Positions 44,572-54,000 of a DNA stretch of 64,000 bases are shown here, piece after piece. Source of the DNA: an uncultured Gammaproteobacteria bacterium (lineage in GTDB: Bacteria; Pseudomonadota; Gammaproteobacteria; Steroidobacterales; Steroidobacteraceae); NCBI GenBank assembly GCA_963707115.1, contig CAVPOP010000001.1, forward strand, positions 180,145-244,144. The letters run 5' to 3'. Numbering within the stretch: the first letter of the stretch is position 1; the number at the start of each line of letters is the position of its first letter. The notes beneath the pieces are model-generated. The model saw only the letters and a list, made by a program, of their open reading frames with translations, ran no database searches and was not told the origin of the DNA. The translations under genes and the position numbers were made by a program.

Positions 44572-45207
44572 TCAGCGTTCGCCGTTGAGGAAGCGTACGA
44601 AGCGGTCCAGCGCTTGGCGCTGGTCGTCCCACAGCGTGTAGTTCAGCACCTCATCCCCCACGGTCGTCTGCACCTGCAGGCTCCGCGCGGCCGCAATAAA
44701 GCGCAGCGTGGCCAGGTCAGTCGGAAACACCAGTGGCTTGACCGTCCTTCCGGTGGGCGCGCCCACGGATCGAACAATGCCGAAATCCGCGGGAGTCCCG
44801 GCGCTCGTATCCAGCCGGATGCGCCGGTCGTCGGCCACCAGAACCAGGACATCGGCCACGGGCCTGGCCGGCTCATAGCGCGCGTCCAGCGTCGACCAGA
44901 CGTAGGCGATAAGCAGACAGTCCCGCTTGCCGCCGCGGTTCACGGTCGCGGCGGTCATGGTCACATAATCGCGTAGATTTGCGGCCCGTTCGCTCCGGTC
45001 CCGGGCGAACAGCAGCGGTTTGTCCATCGCCGTAACGGTGGCACCGCTCTGCTCATCGAGGTACTCGTAAGGCTGCTTGCCGTGTGCGGCCGCCGGGTCG
45101 ACGGCGGCAGGCCCGCTGGCGCACGCAGCAAGCAGCGCCGTGGTTCCACACACGGTGAACAAACTGCGACAGCGCGGCACTCGGGCGCGGCCTTGGCTAG
45201 AACGCAA
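44572..45207 (-). CDS. Lipoprotein of unknown function, translationally coupled to the upstream OM protein gene
   Basis: Lipobox TALLAAC/ASG. 211 aa. The start overlaps the stop of the 845-aa OMP gene by 11 nt. Confidence 0.5.
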   Translation of the reverse strand: MRSSQGRARVPRCRSLFTVCGTTALLAACASGPAAVDPAAAHGKQPYEYLDEQSGATVTAMDKPLLFARDRSERAANLRDYVTMTAATVNRGGKRDCLLIAYVWSTLDARYEPARPVADVLVLVADDRRIRLDTSAGTPADFGIVRSVGAPTGRTVKPLVFPTDLATLRFIAAARSLQVQTTVGDEVLNYTLWDDQRQALDRFVRFLNGER

Positions 45208-47707
45208 TGCGGTAGGACATGCTCACATAATAGCGTCTTGTGTTCTGGGTCTGAAGCGAGGAATCGCGTTTGCCAAACTCGTAACCCCCTTCGATCTGCA
45301 CCAGATTGCGCCCGCGCTGCCAGTCCAGGAGCGCCGAGGGCACCAGGCTGAGCTGGTTGCTGCCGTCGCTCGACAGCTGCTGGTGTATCACTGACAGACG
45401 CGGCCCGAGCCGCCACGTTGCCCCCACAGGGAAGCGCTCGGTCACGCTGGCCGAGTAGGTCTTCGCCGTCTGCGTGTCAGCGTACAGCACGCTCAGGACA
45501 CTGAAATCGCCCTCTTTCCAGACGTTGGACCCATACAGCTGTGCCTGGTATGCCGTCTGCAGGCCGCTCGCCTCCTGCGCGGGCACGATGGTGCCGACGC
45601 CATTGGTAGCCCCGAACTGCTGGGCGCTCACCGTCGCCGCAAACTGGTAGCGCGGCCCCAGCGGCCGCGATACGGTCACACTGTAGCTGCTGGAGCTCGA
45701 GGTGTTATCGCGCGCATTCTGATAGATGGCATCGGTGGGCAGGCCGATTGATTGGTAGAATTGTGCCAATTCATCCAGCGTGCTGAACGGCTGTCCAATC
45801 AGCGCATTTTGCGTCGTCAGCACCGGCGCATTGCGTCGCTCGGCGTCGAAACTCAGGTTCCAGCGCGCGGGCAGCTGCATCGTGCCCAGGATCGCCGCGG
45901 TGTTGAGTGACTGGTAGAAGATGTCGTAGTCCAGCAGTGCGGTAACCGAGGCGCTCGGCAGCAGCAGCCTCAGCTGTGTGCCCACCGCCTCTCGGTCCGT
46001 GAAGCCGTCGCTGCGCCATTGGGTATAAAACAGACTCGCGTCCCAGTGCTTGCCGACGGGCGTATAGGGTACGGCCACTGACCAGAACTTTCGGGCCGTC
46101 TGCAATCCCATATTGGTCTGCTCGACCGGGAAACCGGCAATCAGGTTAATCCCGATGTCCGGCCGCACCTGCCAGGCGGCAAACAATCCGTCAAACGTGC
46201 CGAGTGCGCCGTCGAAATTTTGCACCTGCCTGCCGAGCCTGGCGAACACGCTGGCCACGCGATCGTCGATTTCGACCGAGGCGATGCTGACGCGGGTCGA
46301 GGCGTCGTTGGCGCTGGTGGGGGAATTACCGGCGAAATTCTTGGCGTAGGTCAGACTGGTACGCGCCAGCAGATCAAAGCGCTGCCCGCGCCGGCGCGCC
46401 AGCACGTCGAGGTCGTTGTACAGCGAGTTAGAACTCTGGGACTGTGAGGTGGGGGCGGTACCCGAGCCAGGCGCCCCGGGCGTTACGGTGTTGTCCACCC
46501 GCGTGCTGTCGTAGCGGTACGTCTGGCCAAAGCCGCCCTCGAGGCTCCACAGCTTCGCGCTCTCCGCGCCGCCTCCGGTGCCGGTGCGCGCCGCGGTGGA
46601 AGCGGCGCGCAGTGTGGCCAAGCGGCGTGCGACCCGATCGGCCGCCTCGCCCGTTGGGTAGCGGCGCAGGTACTCCTCGTATTCGGCCTTGGCATGCGCG
46701 AGTTGCCCGGAACGTTCCCGCGCCAGGCCCAGCAGCTCTTGCATCTGCGCGCGCTGCGGAAACTCGGGCTGGCGCTGCAGTTTGGTCAGCAGCGGCACGG
46801 CTTTGGGGTAATCACGGGCGTTCATTGCGGCGCGTGCCTGCGCCACCAGCTCGGCCAGGTCCGCCGCTGGCAGCGGCGGGTCGGCGCCCATGGGCTCGAC
46901 GGCGGGCAGCGCTTCGCCACCGCCCCGCGTCGTGGCGGCATCATCGCCGATGGCCAACCAGGCCCGCGGGTAATCGGTGAGGGCCTGGTTGAGAATGCGC
47001 TCGGCATCCGCGCGCTTGTCGAAGGGCCCGGCGCGCAGCCGGTACCAGGTCACCCCGTCTACGACGGCCTGACTGACGAACACGGACACCTTGAGCTGGT
47101 CGCGTGCGCGCTGAATCGCCTCGGGACGGTAGTCGGCGGGCTGCGATTCCAGGTTGACGGCGTAGCTGCTGGCCGGACCGCTCGGCTCGTTCAGGGTGAT
47201 CTTGCCGTGACCGCGGGCCCGATCGATCAAACGCAATCGCATCCCGCGCAGGTCCGCACCTTGCGCTATCACGAAGCGCTCCGATTTGCGAAAGCTGAAA
47301 GCCAGCGTCAGCTGCCCGGGCACGTCCGAGTCGACGCGCACGTTGTTGATAATGTTGGCGCCCCCCGACAGCGGCGGCAGCTCCCCAACCGTCTGGGTGG
47401 CAAGCGAAAATCCACAATCGCCCTGCGGCTTTAACTGGATGCGCAGCTCCTTGCCCTCGGCCGCCGGCTGATGCGTGATGTAGCGCACCGAGCAATTGAA
47501 CTGCACGGCGATGTCGGCCTGATCGTCGTGATCGGTGAGTTCGACCAGGTCGACGATGCGGGTCGGGCCGTTAGCGCCGATCTGCGCGCGCGCCGTGACC
47601 CAAGGCAGGACGCCCATCAATAGCAGCGTTGCGTGCAGCAGCGCCGCGCCCCGGGACCGTGCGGGCGCGGCGGAGCCCCGAGCGGGTGCTGCCCGGGGCC
47701 GGTTCAT
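45197..47707 (-). CDS. Outer-membrane protein: AMIN-like + SPOR + TPR periplasmic region fused to a C-terminal beta-barrel
   Basis: Signal peptide (MNRPRAAP...LLLMGVLPWVTARAQ). N-terminal beta-rich AMIN-like block. SPOR-like YAVNLES...VVDGVTWYRLRAGPFDKRADAERIL. TPR-like helices (YPKAVPLLTKL..., AEYEEYLRRYP). About 450 aa of amphipathic strands end in YYVSMSYRIAF, an OMP-type terminal Phe. Alternative ATG at 47734. Confidence 0.6.
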   Translation of the reverse strand: MNRPRAAPARGSAAPARSRGAALLHATLLLMGVLPWVTARAQIGANGPTRIVDLVELTDHDDQADIAVQFNCSVRYITHQPAAEGKELRIQLKPQGDCGFSLATQTVGELPPLSGGANIINNVRVDSDVPGQLTLAFSFRKSERFVIAQGADLRGMRLRLIDRARGHGKITLNEPSGPASSYAVNLESQPADYRPEAIQRARDQLKVSVFVSQAVVDGVTWYRLRAGPFDKRADAERILNQALTDYPRAWLAIGDDAATTRGGGEALPAVEPMGADPPLPAADLAELVAQARAAMNARDYPKAVPLLTKLQRQPEFPQRAQMQELLGLARERSGQLAHAKAEYEEYLRRYPTGEAADRVARRLATLRAASTAARTGTGGGAESAKLWSLEGGFGQTYRYDSTRVDNTVTPGAPGSGTAPTSQSQSSNSLYNDLDVLARRRGQRFDLLARTSLTYAKNFAGNSPTSANDASTRVSIASVEIDDRVASVFARLGRQVQNFDGALGTFDGLFAAWQVRPDIGINLIAGFPVEQTNMGLQTARKFWSVAVPYTPVGKHWDASLFYTQWRSDGFTDREAVGTQLRLLLPSASVTALLDYDIFYQSLNTAAILGTMQLPARWNLSFDAERRNAPVLTTQNALIGQPFSTLDELAQFYQSIGLPTDAIYQNARDNTSSSSSYSVTVSRPLGPRYQFAATVSAQQFGATNGVGTIVPAQEASGLQTAYQAQLYGSNVWKEGDFSVLSVLYADTQTAKTYSASVTERFPVGATWRLGPRLSVIHQQLSSDGSNQLSLVPSALLDWQRGRNLVQIEGGYEFGKRDSSLQTQNTRRYYVSMSYRIAF

Positions 47708-48015
47708 TGCGGTCACTGGCGCGCCTTCACTCAATGCGATGCCTGCTGCGGAAAAACTGCCTCAATCCACATTATGCAAAGGCGTCCCCGTTCGGCGGTG
47801 TGATGGGACTCGCACCCATACCAATCGCCGAGACACGGAGAACCACGTCACACAATGATTGCGCGTCACACCATACAGCGGCGTGCGGGTGCGACTCGAC
47901 TTGTCGCCGATTGACGCCTTGTCGCCATTTGACGTCGCGCAATCGGGGGAGCCACGCGCGGCGCCCGAACGACTAGGGCGCCGTTACGGGCGGATTCGTT
48001 CGCAGTGCGGTGCTG

Positions 48016-51000
48016 CTAATGCTTGAACGCCACGTTTGACGGCCGGTGGTACGGTCCCGGCTGTGGCTTGACGACCGTCTTCGCGGTGGCGTCGCTGTAG
48101 ACATGGCAGGCGCCGGCGCAATCGCGCAGCTCGCTCGAGGTGTACAGGATGCCGCCGCTCGTCTTCGGGTGCGCGACGGGCTTGAAGTCCTTGGTGTGGC
48201 AACCCGCACAGCTTCCGGCATTGGCCGGAGCCGGCCAGGGTATCAGGTCCGAATTGCTGGTATGACATGCGGTGCAGGCCAGCGCCGCCTTGTGATCGCC
48301 CGGATAAGCGCTCCCGGTATGCATGAAATGCGTCTGCGCCCAGTCCGGATAGCTGTGGCAGGTCGCGCAATCGAGTTTGCTGTTCATGTGAGTCGCCGGC
48401 ACGCCGAGCGCAACGGCATTGTTGTGACAGCTCACACACTGGCGGGTCAGAGTCGTGTGATCGACCTTGGCCGGCTTCCAGGCAAGAGTCCCGTGGCAGC
48501 TGTCGCACTGCGCGCCGGTCGGCACGTGGCTCGAGGGCAGACCCATGGCATGCACGCTGTCGTGGCAGCTCCTGCAGGTGTGCGCCGCCACTCCGGCATG
48601 GTCGAAGCGCGCGGGCGTCCAGGCATTCGTCGTATGGCAGGTCTCGCAGGTGTTGCTGCTCGCGATGTGGCTCATCGACTTGCCCTGCGCCACTCTGCCG
48701 TTGTGGCAGCTGGCACAACTGCCCTGCACCTGGGCGTGATCGACCATAACCACCGGCAGCCAGGCGTGCGTGTTGTGGCAGCTGCCACAGCCGTTGCTGC
48801 TCGCTATGTGGTCGGCGGGCTTGCCTGCGCCCTGCGCCGAGCTGTGGCAGGTCACGCACGGCGTAGCCGCCGCGCGCGTGTGATTGAATCCGCCCACCGC
48901 GGGCACCAGCGCGGCCGCGCCGCCCAGCGCCGAGCCTGCGCGGGTGAGTCCGCCGCCGGTGCCGGCCGCCGCAGCGCCCGGGCGTATGGCCCTCTTGTCG
49001 CGGGAGTTGTGGCAACCCGAGCCGCCGCAGTCCTGGCCCGCATGATGGTTGGCGCTGTCGCGTACCCACAGTCTCACGCCGGTGTTGGTCTTCCACTTCA
49101 TGCCCAATTCGTGACAACTCATGCAGGTGATGGTGGTCACGTAGGCGTGTTTCATGACCGTGCCCGCAAAGGTCGTGAAGTTGGTGGGGCTGTGGCACAG
49201 CTCGCAGGCGACGTTCAGACTCGATCCGTTGGGCGGGTTGGAAGGAATGTGCCCGGTCGCACCGGACGGCGGCTGCTTCAGGGTGGGCGGAGCCATGTTG
49301 GCGAACGACAGGCCGTAGGCGTGGCAGGTGGCGCAGCCCTTGGTAATGCCGGTGTGCCCGGTCGCGCCCATCACGTACACCGCGTAGTTGCCCGCGGTGG
49401 TGTGACACTGCGCGCACGGGGCGGTGGTCGGAATGTGGTTGGCCGGCTTGGATCCCCCCGACACGTTGCTTGAGAACGTCGGGGTATTCGTGTGACAGCC
49501 GCTGCAGTCGCCCGTGGTCGGGTGACTCTTATCGAGCGTCGCATTCGGCCGCGAGTCCCCGGCCGCGGTCGAGGTGCTGGCGATCATCCCGACATACGGG
49601 GCGGTCTCGTGGCAGCTGGTACACGCGCCGACCTGCCCGGCCACGGTGGTATGGCCGGCCACGTTCAGGGTCGGGCTGTTGAGGTTCGCCGCACCGATCT
49701 TGAAGCCCCCGGCCGTGAGCTTGGCGGTGGTGTGGCAGCCCGAGCCGTCGCAATCGAGATTGCCGATCGGGATGTGATTTATCCCGGTGGTGCTCACGAT
49801 CGTGATATTCGCAAAGGTGTTGGCCACCGCGGGCGCGTGGCAGCTCAGGCAGTTGGTCACGCCCTGGTGGGTGCCGGTCACCGAGTAGACGGCATTGTTG
49901 CCCGCGGTGGTGTGGCACTGCGCGCACGGGGCCGTGGTCGGTATGTGATTCGCAGGCTTCGCGTTGCCGGTCTGGTTCGTCGTGAACGTCGGGGTCGTGG
50001 TATGGCAGCCGTTGCAGTCGCCCGTGGTCGGGTGACTCTTATCAAGCGTCGCATTCGGCCGCGAGTCCCCTGCCACGGTCGAGGTGCTGGCGATCATCCC
50101 CACATAGGGCGCGGACTGGTGGCACGTCTGACAGGCCCCGACCTGCCCCGACACGGTGTTATGGCCGGCCACGTTCAAGGTCGGGGCGCTGACGCTTGCC
50201 GCGCCAATCTTGAACCCCCCCGCGGTGACCTTGGCTGTGCTGTGACAGCCCGATCCGTTGCAATCGAGGTTACCGATCGGGATGTGATTTATCCCGGTGG
50301 TGCTCACGATCGTGATATTCGCAAAGGTGTTGGCCACCGCAGGCGCGTGGCAGCTCAGGCAGTTGGTCACGCCCTGGTGGGTGCCGGTCACCGAGTAGAC
50401 GGCATTGTTGCCCACGGTGGTGTGACACTGCGCGCACGGGGCCGTGGTCGGTATGTGATTTGCAGGCTTCGCGTTGCCAGTCTGGTCCGTCGTGAACGTC
50501 GGGGTTGTGGTATGGCAACCGCTGCAGTCGCCCGTGGTCGGGTGACTCTTGTCCAGGGTGGCATTGGGCCGCGAGTCCCCGGCCGTGCTTGCGGTGCTGG
50601 CGATCATCCCCACGTAAGGCGCAGTCTCATGACAGGTGGTGCAGGCGGGTACCTTCCCCGCCACGGTGGTGTGTCCGGTCACGTTCAGGGTCGGCGCTGA
50701 AATGTTGGCCGCACCGAGCCTGAAACCACCGGCGGTGACCTTGGCTGTGCTGTGACAGCCCGAGCCGTTGCAATCCAGGTTGCCGATCGGCATGTGGTTG
50801 GTGCTGGCCGTGCCCACGATGGTGACGTTGGCCCAGCCACCCGCGGGCGGCGGCCCATGGCAGCTCAGGCAGTTACTCACGCCCTGGTGCGTGCCGCTCA
50901 CCGAATAGAGCGCGTAGTTGCCCGCGGTGGTGTGGCATTGGGAGCAGGTGGCGGTGGTCGGAATGTGGTTGGCAGGTTTCGCGCCCTGGGACACGTCCGA

Positions 51001-54000
51001 ACTAAAGGTGGGCGTCTGCGTGTGGCAGTCACCGCAGTCGCCGGTGGTCGGATGGTTCTTATCCAGCGTGGCATTGGGCCGCGAGTCCCCCGCCACGGTC
51101 GAGGTGCTGGCGATCATCCCGACGTAGGGCGCGGACTGGTGGCACGTCTGACAGGCCCCGACCTGCCCCGACACGGTGTTGTGGCCCGCTAAGCTCAAGG
51201 TCGGGCTATTGATGTTCGCCACGCCAATCTTGAACCCCCCCGCGGTGACCTTGGCTGTGCTGTGACAGCCCGAGCCGTTGCAATCCAGGTTGCCGATCGG
51301 CATGTGGTTGGTGCTGGCCGTGCCCACGATCGTGACGTTGGCCCAGCCACCCGCGGGCGGCGGCCCGTGGCAGCTCAGGCAGTTGCTCACGCCCTGGTGC
51401 GTGCCGCTCACCGAGTAGAGCGCGTAGTTGTTCGCCGTGGTATGGCACTGCGCGCACGGCGCGGTGGTCGGTATGTGGTTGGCCGGCTTGCTGCCGCCGG
51501 TCATGTCGCTCGCGAACGTCGGGGTCGTGGTGTGGCAGCCTGAGCAATCGCCGGCGGTGGGATGCAGCTTATCGAACGCGGTCGGCCGCGAGTCCCCCGC
51601 CACGGTCGAGGTGCTGGCGATCATCCCGACATACGGGGCGGTCTCGTGGCAGCTGGTACACGCGCCGACCTGCCCCGCCACGGTGGTGTGCCCGGTCACG
51701 TTCAGGGTCGGCGCTGAAATGTTGGCCGCACCGAGCCTGAAACCACCGGCGGTGACCTTGGCTGTGCTGTGACAGCCCGAGCCGTTGCAATCCAGGTTGC
51801 CGATCGGCATGTGGTTGGTGCTGGCCGTGCCCACGATGGTGACGTTGGCCCAGCCCCCCGCGGGCGGCGGCCCATGGCAGCTCAGGCAGTTACTCACGCC
51901 CTGGTGCGTGCCGCTCACCGAATAGAGCGCGTAGTTGCCCGCGGTGGTGTGGCATTGGGAGCAGGTGGCGGTGGTCGGAATGTGGTTGGCAGGTTTCGCG
52001 CCCTGGGACACGTCCGAACTAAAGGTGGGCGTCTGCGTGTGGCAGTCACCGCAGTCGCCGGTGGTCGGATGGTTCTTATCCAGCGTGGCATTGGGCCGCG
52101 AGTCCCCCGCCACGGTCGAGGTGCTGGCGATCATCCCGACGTAGGGCGCGGACTGGTGGCACGTCTGACAGGCCCCGACCTGCCCCGACACGGTGTTGTG
52201 GCCCGCTAAGCTCAAGGTCGGGCTATTGATGTTCGCCACGCCAATCTTGAACCCCCCCGCGGTGACCTTGGCTGTGCTGTGACAGCCCGAGCCGTTGCAA
52301 TCCAGGTTGCCGATCGGCATGTGGTTGGTGCTGGCCGTGCCCACGATCGTGACGTTGGCCCAGCCACCCGCGGGCGGCGGCCCGTGGCAGCTCAGGCAGT
52401 TGCTCACGCCCTGGTGCGTGCCGCTCACCGAGTAGAGCGCGTAGTTGTTCGCCGTGGTATGGCACTGCGCGCACGGCGCGGTGGTCGGTATGTGGTTGGC
52501 CGGCTTGCTGCCGCCGGTCATGTCGCTCGCGAACGTCGGGGTCGTGGTGTGGCAGCCTGAGCAATCGCCGGCGGTGGGATGCAGCTTATCGAACGCGGTC
52601 GGCCGCGAGTCCCCCGCCACGGTCGAGGTGCTGGCGATCATCCCCACGTAAGGCGCAGTCTCGTGACAATTGGCGCACGCCCCCACCTGCACGGCGACGG
52701 TCGCGTGGCCGGCCACGTTTAAGGTCGGCGCGCTGATGCTTGCCGCACCGATTTTGAACCCCCCCGCGGTCACCTTGGCTGTGCTGTGACAACCCGAGCC
52801 GTTGCAATCGAGGTTACCGATCGGAATGTGGTTTATCCCACTGGTGCTCACTATTTTGATATTGGCAAAGGTGCCGGCCACCGCAGGCGCGTGGCAGCTC
52901 AGGCAGTCGGTCACGCCCTGGTGGGTGCCGGTCACCGAGTAGAGCGCGAAGTTGCCCGCGGTGGTGTGGCACTGCGCGCAGGGGGCGCTGGTCGGAATGT
53001 GGTTGGCGGGCTTCGCGCCCTGGGACACGTCCGAACTAAAGGTGGGCGTCTGCGTGTGGCAGTCACCGCAGTCGCCGGCGGTCGGATGGTTCTTATCCAG
53101 CGTGGCATTGGGCCGCGAGTCCCCCGCCACGGTCGAGGTGCTGGCGATCATCCCGACGTAGGGCGCGGTCTCGTGACAATTGGTGCACGCTCCCACCTGT
53201 GCGGCCACCGTGGTATGTCCGGCCACGTTCAAGGTCGGCGTACTGATACTCGCCGCACCGATCCTGAACCCCCCCGCGGTCACCTTGGCTGTGCTGTGAC
53301 AGCCCGAGCCGTTGCAATCCAGGTTGCCGATGGGCATGTGGTTGGTGCTGGCCGTGCCCACGATCGTGACGTTGGCCCAGCCCCCCGCGGGTGGCGGCCC
53401 GTGGCAGCTCAGGCAGTCGGTCACGCCCTGGTGGGTGCCGCTCACCGAATAGAGCGCGTAGTTGTTCGCCGTGGTATGGCACTGCGCGCACGGCGCGGTG
53501 GTCGGTATGTGGTTGGCCGGCTTGCTGCCGCCGGTCATGTCGCTCGCGAACGTCGGGGTCGTGGTGTGGCAGCCTGTGCAGTCGCCGGTGGTGGGATGGT
53601 TCTTATCCAGCGTGGCATTGGGCCGCGAGTCCCCCGCCACGGTCGAGGTGCTGGCGATCATCCCGACGTAGGGCGCGGTCTCGTGACAATTGGTGCACGC
53701 CCCCACCTGTGCGGCCACCGTGGTATGTCCGGCCACGTTCAAGGTCGGCGTACTGATACTCGCCGCACCGATCCTGAACCCCCCCGCGGTCACCTTGGCT
53801 GTGCTGTGACAGCCCGAGCCGTTGCAATCCAGGTTGCCGATGGGCATGTGGTTGGTGCTGGCCGTGCCCACGATCGTGACGTTGGCCCAGCCCCCCGCGG
53901 GTGGCGGCCCGTGGCAGCTCAGGCAGTCGGTCACGCCCTGGTGGGTGCCGGTCACCGAGTAGAGCGAATTGTCTCCTGCCGTCGTGTGACACTGCGCGCA

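Noticed and set aside
47961-47981. GCGCCC-N9-GGGCGC hairpin just downstream of the giant cytochrome stop, considered as a terminator
   Set aside because: The stem is short, and no T-run follows on the minus strand. I cannot say whether transcription stops here or reads into the OMP gene.
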